From contig CAYQRB010000002.1 of assembly GCA_964420145.1 (NCBI GenBank), forward strand, positions 4,056-68,055: 64,000 nt of DNA. Direction: 5' to 3'. The notes beneath the pieces were generated by a model. That model searched no databases, was not told where the DNA came from, and was given only the letters and a program-made list of their open reading frames with translations. Positions 1 through 9,305 of the stretch are shown here, one piece after another. How positions within the stretch are numbered: the stretch's first letter is position 1; each line of letters begins with the position of its first letter. The stretch is from an uncultured Candidatus Saccharibacteria bacterium. Its GTDB lineage: Bacteria; Patescibacteriota; Dojkabacteria; B142; OLB20. Both the position numbers and the translations under genes were made by a program.

Positions 1-2
1 TT

Positions 3-662
3 GAATATCTCCAATCTCAAGAAGGAAAAAGCTTTGAGCTTCTAGAGGGAGATTGTGGATTAATAAGCTTAAACACAACAGGTCATACCGTCGGTAAAAC
101 AAACACTAGTTGTAATAAACCAACTTCTCCGGCTATAACTACCGTAATACCTTCGATTACTCCCAGTATTGTAGACAACATCACAGGAAAGGTTATTATC
201 AATGCAATAAATCCAAATCCCTTAAAAGGAGACGAATGGATAGAGCTTAAAAATATTGATAATAAAGAATTAAATCTTTCCTCTTGGAAAATTACAGATG
301 AAAGTAAAAGTATATTTACAATTGGTGTACTAAACTTATTACCAGGACAAGTAGAGAGAGTATTTCCGAAGAGTATTTCCCTTAATAATGACGGGGATAT
401 AGTTACTCTCTATGATTCTCATAGTCAGATTATAGATACATTTCAATATGGTAAGACAACCAAGGGACAGATAGTAACAAAAGATAGTGTGTTTAGAGTA
501 ACAGATATTCTTTCTGAAGCAAATATAGAGCCTAAAGAACAAGAGAAGTCATCAACAGAAGAAACAGCTGTACCTATTAACCAATCTCCCATCACTAATA
601 CTAATTACAATAAATACTTTAAAAAACCAATATATTATAAATCTGAAGATTATACTCGTTAG
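3..662 (+). CDS. Lamin-tail domain (LTD) protein, C-terminal fragment; the 5' end lies upstream of the window
   Basis: Frame-3 ORF runs open from the window start to TAG at 660-662, followed directly by TAA. The translation contains GDEWIELKNIDNKELNLSSWKITDES...GQVERVF...NNDGDIVTLYD, which matches the lamin-tail domain pattern. An S/T/N-rich low-complexity region lies upstream. Confidence 0.6.
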   Translation, partial: EYLQSQEGKSFELLEGDCGLISLNTTGHTVGKTNTSCNKPTSPAITTVIPSITPSIVDNITGKVIINAINPNPLKGDEWIELKNIDNKELNLSSWKITDESKSIFTIGVLNLLPGQVERVFPKSISLNNDGDIVTLYDSHSQIIDTFQYGKTTKGQIVTKDSVFRVTDILSEANIEPKEQEKSSTEETAVPINQSPITNTNYNKYFKKPIYYKSEDYTR

Positions 663-694
663 TAATATACTGAGCTATATCAGGGCAGGAATTA

Positions 695-1540
695 TCATAG
701 GTCTGTGATTTTTATACAGTCATTTATAGATATATCACCAACCTTTGTACGAGTAAGTGCAAGTAACATAGCTGGCATATTAAGTTGGCTACCAATATCT
801 TCTGCTAGTTGTCGTATATATGTGCCTTTGGAGCTATTCACCTTCACTTTAATATAGGGGAATTTTTGTGTTTCGGGAAGTGAAGAAAGTTTTTTGCTTA
901 ATTTGGTCATTTTCTTTATAGGTAAATCTCCACTTTCCAAAAGCTCTATATTATGAATTGTTATATCTTTGGCAGGTATTTTTAAGGAAAATGACTTAGG
1001 GCGAGAGTCTTTATTTATCTGTACTAAGTTTAGCTGTTTATGATTATCTTGGTCATATGTAATTTGTTTCTCGTAGTTTTTATCACGCATTAATATCCTT
1101 AATTTTTTCCCTTCTACCTTGACCGAACTATAAACAGAGACATATTGTTTTTGTTTTCCAATAAATTTGTTCAAGGTTGGTTTAATATTTTTAATATCTT
1201 TAATTAAGTAACCAGTTTTAATCTCTGTGATTTCTCCTTCCGTATCTTGTGTGTCTGTGGCAATCCCCAGAATAATAGTAGTGATATATTCTTTATCAAA
1301 GTGCATTAATTTATCTGAAAGTTTTGTAGCTTTTCCAATTAAGTAGATCATCACACCATCGGCAAATACATCAAGAGCCCCTGCATGCCCAACTTTTCTG
1401 ATATCAAGCTGTTTTCTAATTCTATTTACAAGGTCATGAGAAGTAACATCAATAGGTTTGTTTATAGCGACTATTCCGGAAGGACGACCGTATTCATCCC
1501 TACTAATAATGTTGGTTTTATAGATATTAGAATCTTTCAT
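695..1540 (-). CDS. truB: tRNA pseudouridine(55) synthase TruB
   Basis: Contains the GHAGALD catalytic motif and is collinear with the TruB family. The tracked ORF extends to a GTG at 1633 and overlaps the PBP gene; the ATG at 1540 (MKDSNIYK...) is the more likely start. The gene ends in TGA. Confidence 0.85.
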   Translation of the reverse strand: MKDSNIYKTNIISRDEYGRPSGIVAINKPIDVTSHDLVNRIRKQLDIRKVGHAGALDVFADGVMIYLIGKATKLSDKLMHFDKEYITTIILGIATDTQDTEGEITEIKTGYLIKDIKNIKPTLNKFIGKQKQYVSVYSSVKVEGKKLRILMRDKNYEKQITYDQDNHKQLNLVQINKDSRPKSFSLKIPAKDITIHNIELLESGDLPIKKMTKLSKKLSSLPETQKFPYIKVKVNSSKGTYIRQLAEDIGSQLNMPAMLLALTRTKVGDISINDCIKITDL

Positions 1541-1568
1541 TAAATAATTATAACAAAATATGGAGAAG

Positions 1569-3716
1569 TTAATTGAAAGTGAATCTACTATTGGCGTAAT
1601 TTCGATAATTTTGTTCGAGGTCATAATATTCACGACTTATTCCTTTTATAAACAAATCGCCGTTAGCACGAATCTCTACTCCCTGTGGTAGATGGAAGGG
1701 GGTGGGTCCATACATATTGCCCGTAAGTTCCAAAAACTCTCCTACCCACGGTTTTACTGAAGTAAGACCAGTTGCTCCGTAACGCATAGGCGTATTATCG
1801 TTATTGATTAATATCCCAGCTACTATGATTTCAGGGGAGTATGCTATATAAAGTGTTTCTTTTTGAGACTCTGATGTACCAGTTTTTCCTGCTATATCTC
1901 TTCCGTCAAAAGAATATCCAGGGCCTCCCCTATTGCCGTTTAATATATCATTGACCAAATATATACCTCTGGGATCAGCAACCTGTTTGGTATCTATAGT
2001 TCTTTTAAATAAGATATTCCCTTTATGATCTGTTATTTTATCAATAGCTTCAGTTTTAGTAAGATAGCCGTTATTAGCAAATACACCATATGCTTGAGCG
2101 TGTTCGATAAGTTTCACCTCCCCTCCTCCAACAGCAAGAGAAACACCGTAACCTGCAGGGTTGTTCATAGTAGTATAACCCCAATCTTCTAGGGAGTTGA
2201 TAAAGTTGGATACACCAATTTGATCTAAAAGGGTTATAGCAGGGATGTTTCTAGATTGTACGAGCATATATCGACTAGAGTTTACACCTGAGAACTTCCC
2301 ATCGTAGTTTTTAGGCGTGTAGTTTCCAATTTTTATCGGAGAGTCTTTTAACGGCGCGTCAGGAGTAATAGAACCATTCATAAATGAGTGATAATAAATC
2401 ATCGGCTTCATAGTTGATCCATATGCTTGAAGTGTATCTACAACATTAACTTTAGGTTCAAATTTACAGTTTGCACCTATATGGCAACCTTCTGGAGATT
2501 CTTTTCCAAAGTAGTTGTATGATCCGACCATTGCCAAAATCTCTCCTGTTTTTGGATTTAAGACAACCATACCTGCATTATCTGCACCAAATTTCTGACC
2601 ATAAGTATCTACCGCTTTTCTTACTTGCTTCTCTGCTATGTTTTGTATTTCTAAATCGAGCGTTGTATAAATCCGTAGACCTTTTGTTTCTATATTTTCT
2701 AATCCAAAAGGTTCCCCGTTGTTGTAGGGCTTCCTTTGGAGTTGGTCTAGTGCATAGAAAACAAAATGAGGAGCATTGATTCTAAAAGACGGATCTTGGT
2801 AAATTAGTTGTTCTTCTCTTGCTGTTGTTATTATCTCTTTGTCTAGTTTTGGGAAGTCCTGCCCATATTGGCTTTCTATTTGGGAATTAATAAAGTTCAT
2901 ATTTGCTTCGAGTTGATTTAAAACATATTCCTTCCTTTGTTCGAGTAATGAAGCTGAGATTTCAGGATTAGTTGATTTAGTAGGAGATAACACAGAAGGA
3001 TTTTGAGGAATAGAAGCGAGAATAGCCATTTGTGCAAGAGTTAGGTCTTTTGGTTCTTTTCCAAAGTAGAAGTTAGAAGCTCTTGTTACCCCGTAGATAT
3101 TGCTACCACTAGGGACTATGGTGAAATACATTTCCAGTATTTCTTCTTTAGATCGTATTTGTTCTATTTTCATAGATAATAAAATCTCTTTTACTTTCCT
3201 TGAAATATCCACATCATCTGTAAGTGCAGTTTTGCGTATTAGCTGTTGGGTGATGGTACTTCCTCCACAGGTAATACCCTTGTGTTCAATATATTTGAGA
3301 CCACAACGAGCTATCGCTTCTGTATCTATCCCTTCGTGTTGGAAAAACTTTATATCTTCAGCAGCAAGGTAAGACCATATTAATAACGGGGGTATCTCTT
3401 CTAGGTCGACTGGATCTCTATCCTCATCATCAAACACACGGTATAGGAGTTTTCCGTTTCTATCATAGACCTCAGTAGCAACATCTTTGATACCAAAAGG
3501 TTTGTCGGGACTTGGCAGATCTTGGGAAATAGTTTGTAAATATACAAGTATGTATATGGCCGAAAAAATAAGAATAGATAGTATGGTTGTGGAGGTTATT
3601 AAAAATATTCTCTGGATCGAGTCAAATCGAGTATGTTTTGTCATCCGTACTGACTGTTGTTTTTTCTTGGGATGTTTTTTATTTGTGATTAGCTTGTAAC
3701 TTTTAGTGTATGTCAT
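1569..3716 (-). CDS. mrcA: Class A penicillin-binding protein (bifunctional glycosyltransferase/transpeptidase, PBP1A-like)
   Basis: N-terminal TM helix, then a GT51 domain (AAEDIKFFQHEGID...GGSTITQQLIRK). The C-terminal transpeptidase region is collinear with PBP1A. 715 aa. Confidence 0.85.
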   Translation of the reverse strand: MTYTKSYKLITNKKHPKKKQQSVRMTKHTRFDSIQRIFLITSTTILSILIFSAIYILVYLQTISQDLPSPDKPFGIKDVATEVYDRNGKLLYRVFDDEDRDPVDLEEIPPLLIWSYLAAEDIKFFQHEGIDTEAIARCGLKYIEHKGITCGGSTITQQLIRKTALTDDVDISRKVKEILLSMKIEQIRSKEEILEMYFTIVPSGSNIYGVTRASNFYFGKEPKDLTLAQMAILASIPQNPSVLSPTKSTNPEISASLLEQRKEYVLNQLEANMNFINSQIESQYGQDFPKLDKEIITTAREEQLIYQDPSFRINAPHFVFYALDQLQRKPYNNGEPFGLENIETKGLRIYTTLDLEIQNIAEKQVRKAVDTYGQKFGADNAGMVVLNPKTGEILAMVGSYNYFGKESPEGCHIGANCKFEPKVNVVDTLQAYGSTMKPMIYYHSFMNGSITPDAPLKDSPIKIGNYTPKNYDGKFSGVNSSRYMLVQSRNIPAITLLDQIGVSNFINSLEDWGYTTMNNPAGYGVSLAVGGGEVKLIEHAQAYGVFANNGYLTKTEAIDKITDHKGNILFKRTIDTKQVADPRGIYLVNDILNGNRGGPGYSFDGRDIAGKTGTSESQKETLYIAYSPEIIVAGILINNDNTPMRYGATGLTSVKPWVGEFLELTGNMYGPTPFHLPQGVEIRANGDLFIKGISREYYDLEQNYRNYANSRFTFN

Positions 3717-3929
3717 AGAAAGTTAATCCATATGTAGCTTTAGTGATGCAAAGCACATCTTAAACAAAGATTCTGGATAATATGGGAATAGCTATGCTTT
3801 ATAATAATATATCAATTGCTCCCCTGTCAAAGATAAAAACTAGAAAATTTAAACACATCTTTACCTTAATAAAGAGTATAGGGGAGTAATATTCTTGAGT
3901 AGAAAGTTTATTCTTTGTTATGATAAGTT

Positions 3930-5357
3930 ATGGATATAAATAGAATATTAAAACACGATTTTGTTGCGACACTTATTACGGCAGTTCTTTTAATTATCGG
4001 GACTCTTGTTATATATGGGGCAACCTTTAATACTACGGACAGTAATATCCTTGTAAAACAGCTGATCTTAATCACCCTTGGGCTATTTTTATATTTTTTG
4101 ATTATAACGATAGATATTGCGTGGTTTAGGGTTTTTTCGCTACATATGATTATGTATGTTTTTATTATTGGTACTTTGGTTTATGTTAATTTATTTGGTT
4201 CTAATATTGCAGAGACAAATAGATGGATAGATTTTGGGTTTTTTGCCTTCCAACCATCAGAGTATGCTAAAGTATTGATTCTCCTGTTTGTTTCTCTTAT
4301 CTTTAGTGGGGAGATATTACCAAACAAAGAAGATTTAGACAGAATAGAAATTTCGAAAGAAAAAAATCTCCCCTTTAGCAAGAAATTTGTATTAAACATC
4401 AAAAAATATTTACGGAGTGCAGATATTAAAGCTTTGTTTTTTGTCTTTTTATATGTATCCCCTATTATATTTTTAACATTTATACAACCTGCACTGGGAA
4501 ATACAATCATAATCACTTTACTAACTGCCTTGACTGTCTTTTTTTCATTAAAAAAAACAAGCCCTATAATAATAGTTTTACTCCACTCTCTCCTTTTCAC
4601 TATTTGGGTTTTAGGGTTTATCCATTTTGATTTCGTAAATAGTGAGTTTACTATAAGCTTTAATGCCGTTAAAACAATCCCTGTTATTGTTATCCCCATA
4701 ATGATTGTTACTATTGCTTACTTTCTTAAAACAAAAATCTGGCAAGTATTTCTAATACTGGGATTAGTAGTTATGGCTACATTATCTTTTTTTCTTGCAT
4801 GGAATAATATAAGTGAGTATCAAAGAGAGCGTGTAGTTACTTTTGTTTCTGGACCAGAGAGAGATCCTTTGGGAAGTGGTTTTCAAATAATACAGTCGAA
4901 AATTGCTATTGGATCGGGACAGCTTTTGGGTAGAGGATATTTACAAGGGACTCAGAGTAGTTTACATATTTTAACTCAAGCCCACACAGACTTTGCCTTT
5001 GCATCAATGAGTGAACAATTCGGCTTTGTCGGGGCAGTTTTACTCCTGACTATTTATATTTTTCTTATTTTAAGAATACTTAAAATCTCTAAAGAAATTA
5101 AATCGGGTTTTGGGAAAAATTTTTGTTTTGGAGCCGTAAGTTTACTTCTTATACACATATTTATCAATGTAGGAATGAATATTGGAAAACTCCCTGTTAC
5201 GGGGATTCCATTGCCGTTAGTTAGCTATGGGGGGAGTTCGGTATTGATGACCCTGATTGTACTAGGGATAGTTCAGTCGATCTATGCTTCACGGCGCCCC
5301 GTTGACATGGCTGATAGTTTGATGATAACATCCTTAAGAGGGAAAGAAATAGATTAA
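3930..5357 (+). CDS. SEDS-family peptidoglycan polymerase (RodA/FtsW family)
   Basis: Polytopic membrane protein with the conserved SEDS C-terminal block (GSGQLLGRGYLQGTQS...PLPLVSYGGSSVLMTLI). It is divergent from the class A PBP gene. Confidence 0.8.
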   Translation: MDINRILKHDFVATLITAVLLIIGTLVIYGATFNTTDSNILVKQLILITLGLFLYFLIITIDIAWFRVFSLHMIMYVFIIGTLVYVNLFGSNIAETNRWIDFGFFAFQPSEYAKVLILLFVSLIFSGEILPNKEDLDRIEISKEKNLPFSKKFVLNIKKYLRSADIKALFFVFLYVSPIIFLTFIQPALGNTIIITLLTALTVFFSLKKTSPIIIVLLHSLLFTIWVLGFIHFDFVNSEFTISFNAVKTIPVIVIPIMIVTIAYFLKTKIWQVFLILGLVVMATLSFFLAWNNISEYQRERVVTFVSGPERDPLGSGFQIIQSKIAIGSGQLLGRGYLQGTQSSLHILTQAHTDFAFASMSEQFGFVGAVLLLTIYIFLILRILKISKEIKSGFGKNFCFGAVSLLLIHIFINVGMNIGKLPVTGIPLPLVSYGGSSVLMTLIVLGIVQSIYASRRPVDMADSLMITSLRGKEID

Positions 5358-5378
5358 GTTACTAACTCTACAAATACA

Positions 5379-5693
5379 ATGGATAATTTTGCAATAGTAC
5401 AAATTAAAAATTCGCAATATAAAATATCAGAAGGGGATGTGATTTCTATTCCAAGGTTGGATAGTAAGACTGGTGATAAATATAAAATTGATCAAGTTTT
5501 ACTCACCGCCTTGAAAGATAAAGTAGAGGTAGGTAAGCCTTTTGTGGAAAAATCATTTGTAGAAACTGAGGTACTTGAGCATTACAGAGGAGAGAAAGTA
5601 CAGTCCTCTACATATAAAGCAAAATCTAGACAAAGAAGAAAGGTTGGGAACAGACAAGAGCTTACAAAAATTAAAATTATTAAAATTAATTAA
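5379..5693 (+). CDS. rplU: 50S ribosomal protein L21
   Basis: MDNFAIVQIKNSQYKISEGDVISIP... matches the L21 N-terminus. A basic C-terminal tail is present. Confidence 0.9.
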   Translation: MDNFAIVQIKNSQYKISEGDVISIPRLDSKTGDKYKIDQVLLTALKDKVEVGKPFVEKSFVETEVLEHYRGEKVQSSTYKAKSRQRRKVGNRQELTKIKIIKIN

Positions 5694-5998
5694 TGGCACA
5701 TACAAAGGCACAAGGAGCAGCAAACAGAACAGTCAATGTTGCGGGAAAAAGGCTTGGAATCAAAAAATCTGCAGGACAACAAGTGATCCCCGGTAATATT
5801 ATTGTTCGTCAAAAAGGAAGTGTTTTTCACCCCGGAGTAAATACCAAAATGGGTAAGGATTTTACTATCTTTGCAACTTCTAGTGGTACCGTAAATTTTA
5901 GAAAAATGACTGGTTCTCATCGTGATCAGAAGTATGTTGATGTTTTAGTTAAATCTGTGTTACCCCCCACTTCTTCTAAAGCCCCCAAAAAGTCTTAA
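5693..5998 (+). CDS. rpmA: 50S ribosomal protein L27
   Basis: MAHTKAQGAANRTVNVAGKRLGIK...RQKGSVFHPGVN..GKDFTIFA is the L27 signature. The gene starts in a TAATG overlap with rplU. Confidence 0.9.
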   Translation: MAHTKAQGAANRTVNVAGKRLGIKKSAGQQVIPGNIIVRQKGSVFHPGVNTKMGKDFTIFATSSGTVNFRKMTGSHRDQKYVDVLVKSVLPPTSSKAPKKS

Positions 5999-6048
5999 TT
6001 GATATAAACAACAACTTAGCAGATAATATATTTTTATTATGTTTTGCT

Positions 6049-6663
6049 ATGTATTTAAATACTGTATTAAATCTCACTAACTTTAATCAGCCTATAAAAC
6101 TTATTGTTGGACTTGGCAATGTTGGGGAAAAATATAATAAAACGAGACATAATACAGGATTCCTCTTCATAGATTATTTACTACATATTTTTCTCAAAAA
6201 ACAGGGTTTTGAAGTAGAGATAGAGACTAGGGATATGTATAAACTCTATAATTTAAAATTTCTAAACCTCAAGATTATGAAACCACAACTGATGATGAAT
6301 CGATCAGGGATTTCTCTACACCAATACTTAAAATATCAAAACTATTCTTTAGATGAGATTTTGGTAGTTCATGATGATTTAGATATTGGTTTTGGTAAAT
6401 ATAAATTACAATATAAAAAATCACCCGTACAACATAATGGAGTTATTTCTATCGAAAATCATCTGGCGGATAACAATTTTTATCGCTTGAGGATAGGAAT
6501 AGAAAACCGCAGTGATCGTGTGATACAAGGAGTTGATTATGTATTAATGCGTTTTTTAGAAACAGAAGAAAATCAATTAGAAACGATCTTTGAAGAGATC
6601 TGTTTAAAAGAGTTTAACTTTGTAAAGCCAGAGTATGATCCTCCAAAAGATCAGGATCTATAA
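6049..6663 (+). CDS. pth: Peptidyl-tRNA hydrolase
   Basis: IKLIVGLGNVGEKYNKTRHNTGF matches the Pth N-terminal motif. There is a short N-terminal extension relative to typical Pth. Confidence 0.85.
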   Translation: MYLNTVLNLTNFNQPIKLIVGLGNVGEKYNKTRHNTGFLFIDYLLHIFLKKQGFEVEIETRDMYKLYNLKFLNLKIMKPQLMMNRSGISLHQYLKYQNYSLDEILVVHDDLDIGFGKYKLQYKKSPVQHNGVISIENHLADNNFYRLRIGIENRSDRVIQGVDYVLMRFLETEENQLETIFEEICLKEFNFVKPEYDPPKDQDL

Positions 6664-7738
6664 GATTTTCATTTGACTTGTGTATTTTCTTGTTAGTTCC
6701 TCCAAAGTTTCTTTTGCGTGCACCAAAATCTAAAATTGCTCTTTTAAATTGAATAGAATCAAAATCGGGAAAATACACATTGGTGAAATATAGCTCTGAA
6801 TAAGCTGCTTCGTAGGCCATAATACCGCTGGTTCTGTACTCTCCTGATGTTCTTATAATAAGATCCGGGTTTGGTATATCATGAGTATCCAAATAACTTG
6901 CAAAAGATTTTTCATCGACTTCTTTTACCTGTTGAGAGATAATTTTGTTAACAGCTCTGATAATATCGTCTCTACCGTTGTAATCTAAGCAAAGAGAGAA
7001 ATTAAAATTAGTGTTTTTTTCAGTTTTTTGTTCGAAATCGTTCATCAGGTTGACGAGTTTCTTAGGTAAGCGATCTTTTCTTCCTATATGACGGAAACAG
7101 ATATTTTCTTTTTGGAACTTATATAACCAACCTTTGAGAGATTGTTCTAAGATTTTGAATATTTCATCAATTTCTTTTTTATCTCTTGCCCAGTTTTCTG
7201 TAGAAAATCCCCAAAGACTTAAATATTTGATATTTAGATCACGACATTCATCAAAAATCTTCTCTATTTTATCTTGTTGTAATGCTCTTCTATGACCTAT
7301 CCAAGGTAGCCAACCTTGTTCTCTTGCCCATCTTCGATTTCCATCAGGGATAATCACAACATGCTTGGGAATTTGATTTTCTCTATCTAATTTCAATATT
7401 TCACTAGTTAGGATTTCTTTGCTTAAGTTATAAAAGCTATCTGCTTCATCAACAAGTAGGGTTTTATCAGTTTTGAGAATAAATTTTTTAAATGGTTTTC
7501 CCGGAACTTGCCAAGAAAAACTCATCCCAGAGATTTTTACAGGGAAATATGCTTTTTGACACCAATTTAGAAGTTCTTGTAAGCGTTTTTCCTCTCCTTG
7601 AGCTATAATCTCTAAGCCATTATCTGAGTTTTTAGAAACATATCCTGTGAGACCGAGTGTTTGTGAAATGTTTACGATTCGTCGTCTAAGGTTTACTCCC
7701 TGGACTCTTCCGTAAATAGTGATCAAGATTTGATGCAT
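6614..7738 (-). CDS. uppS: Acylphosphatase-like domain fused to undecaprenyl-diphosphate synthase (UppS)
   Basis: N-terminus ITIYGRVQGVNLRR...GYVSKNSDNGLEIIAQGEE resembles the acylphosphatase signatures. C-terminus carries the cis-prenyltransferase motifs IIPDGNRRWA and IRTSGEYRTSG. The best start is the ATG at 7736-7738 (MHQILITIYGRVQGV); the tracked ORF runs on to 7840. Confidence 0.8.
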   Translation of the reverse strand: MHQILITIYGRVQGVNLRRRIVNISQTLGLTGYVSKNSDNGLEIIAQGEEKRLQELLNWCQKAYFPVKISGMSFSWQVPGKPFKKFILKTDKTLLVDEADSFYNLSKEILTSEILKLDRENQIPKHVVIIPDGNRRWAREQGWLPWIGHRRALQQDKIEKIFDECRDLNIKYLSLWGFSTENWARDKKEIDEIFKILEQSLKGWLYKFQKENICFRHIGRKDRLPKKLVNLMNDFEQKTEKNTNFNFSLCLDYNGRDDIIRAVNKIISQQVKEVDEKSFASYLDTHDIPNPDLIIRTSGEYRTSGIMAYEAAYSELYFTNVYFPDFDSIQFKRAILDFGARKRNFGGTNKKIHKSNENLIDPDLLEDHTLALQS

Positions 7739-7815
7739 ATTATGAAGGTATATAATTAAATCAGATGACATTATGTCATAAATCGCAATATAATATAAAG
7801 CCTTTGTATGTATAA

Positions 7816-9300
7816 ATGAAGAGAACAAAATTAAAAACAATTAATTTAAAGATATTATTGATTGTCTTTTTGATACTGGAATTAATTGTGGTTTTTGTTG
7901 TTATATTAAAACCACTAATAACCCTCCGTAGTAAATCTGTTATATTAAGTACAGGTGGCTATATAAATAACGATATAAATAACTGGGTTGAAGAGTTTGA
8001 TTATTATTCCAAGTTAAATAAATTAAGTTATAAAACCACCGATGATATATTAAGTTCTTCCTTGTTGAATTATAAAAACTACCGTAGCAATAGCTATAAA
8101 TTTCCTTTAATTTCTTTGCCTGAAATCGTTTTTGAGATTTCAGAAGAGAAAACGATAGATATTGATCCACCCATAGAGATAATAAAAAGTGAAAAGTTCC
8201 CGCAAGGAGAAAGATACGAGGTACAAAAAGGTGAAAGTGCTAAATACACATACAAAGAACTAACGATGATGACTAGAAAATATATAATGCCAGTATCAGA
8301 AGTCGTTTTTGAAAAAAATACTATAATTGCTGATGGAGGCGCTAACAGAGTACAACTAAATGATGGGTTAATTGATGAATTAAAAAGTATTCAAACAGGA
8401 GACTATGAAAGTAGCTATTATAGAAAACTTGAGCCTGCGGAAGTTAAAGTGTTAAGCAAGTTAGATATAAAAGGTGTTTCTTTTGATGTTTCGCAAGGAG
8501 AAATGATTTTAGTTGGGAAGGTAGAATTCCTTAATAAAAGCTGTTCAGAGCAAGTAGATTTGGAACTGGCTTTTGATCCGCAAACTCAACAATATTATTT
8601 CCCTGAACTAGGAACACTAAAACTGAAGGATTGTACAATATATACCCCAAAAGCAGTAGTATACGCCCCGATTGTTTATGGGCCTATAGAGGTAGTAACT
8701 TGTCAGGATTGTAAATATGCTCCAATTAACAAAACTACTGCACTTCCAAGCACATATATTCCCAATCTTATTGCTACTGGTTTACCAGGTGGTGGTATGT
8801 TGACTCCCGAGACAGTTACTGCCTTAAAAGCGATGTCTGAGGATGTACAGAGCAAAGGTATGACAGTTTTTATTACCTCTGCATATCGTTCGTATATACA
8901 ACAACAGTCCACTTTCAACTATTGGGTAAATAGAGAACTTAGTAGGGGTGCTCCTATGGAGCTTGCGAGGCAAAGAGCAAATATTTATTCTGCCACACCA
9001 GGACATTCTGAGCATCAATTAGGAACTACTCTAGATATTCGTTGTATTGGTTGTGATGCGTTTAGTAAAAATGTTACTAATACTCCTCTATATCAATATC
9101 TACAACAAAATGCACACGAGTACGGTTTTGTTATTTCTTACCCTCTAGGTAAACAGCACTTAACAGGTTATACTTACGAACCTTGGCATATCAGATATAT
9201 TGGAGTTGAGTTAGCAAGTGAGTTACAAGCAAGAGGTTATCAAAATATAGGTAATAATCAATATTTATCCGCATTTTTGCGTGAAAAAGGTTTATATTAA
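7816..9300 (+). CDS. D-Ala-D-Ala carboxypeptidase, VanY/M15B family, membrane-anchored with a large N-terminal domain
   Basis: N-terminal TM helix. The C-terminal block SAYRSYIQQQ...SEHQLGTTLDIR...EPWHIRYIG matches the VanY/M15 zinc peptidase motifs (SxHxxGxAxD, EPWH). Confidence 0.7.
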   Translation: MKRTKLKTINLKILLIVFLILELIVVFVVILKPLITLRSKSVILSTGGYINNDINNWVEEFDYYSKLNKLSYKTTDDILSSSLLNYKNYRSNSYKFPLISLPEIVFEISEEKTIDIDPPIEIIKSEKFPQGERYEVQKGESAKYTYKELTMMTRKYIMPVSEVVFEKNTIIADGGANRVQLNDGLIDELKSIQTGDYESSYYRKLEPAEVKVLSKLDIKGVSFDVSQGEMILVGKVEFLNKSCSEQVDLELAFDPQTQQYYFPELGTLKLKDCTIYTPKAVVYAPIVYGPIEVVTCQDCKYAPINKTTALPSTYIPNLIATGLPGGGMLTPETVTALKAMSEDVQSKGMTVFITSAYRSYIQQQSTFNYWVNRELSRGAPMELARQRANIYSATPGHSEHQLGTTLDIRCIGCDAFSKNVTNTPLYQYLQQNAHEYGFVISYPLGKQHLTGYTYEPWHIRYIGVELASELQARGYQNIGNNQYLSAFLREKGLY

Positions 9301-9305
9301 TAATA

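Noticed and set aside
339-542. Short ORFs on the opposite strand or in alternative frames inside long conserved genes (for example 339..542, 2471..2779, 3100..3372, 4181..4699, 18646..18885, 28179..28430, 30182..30424, 47542..47763)
   Set aside because: They lie entirely within well-supported CDSs on the other strand, have low-complexity or hydrophobic translations typical of AT-rich antisense frames, and show no motifs. Treated as spurious.
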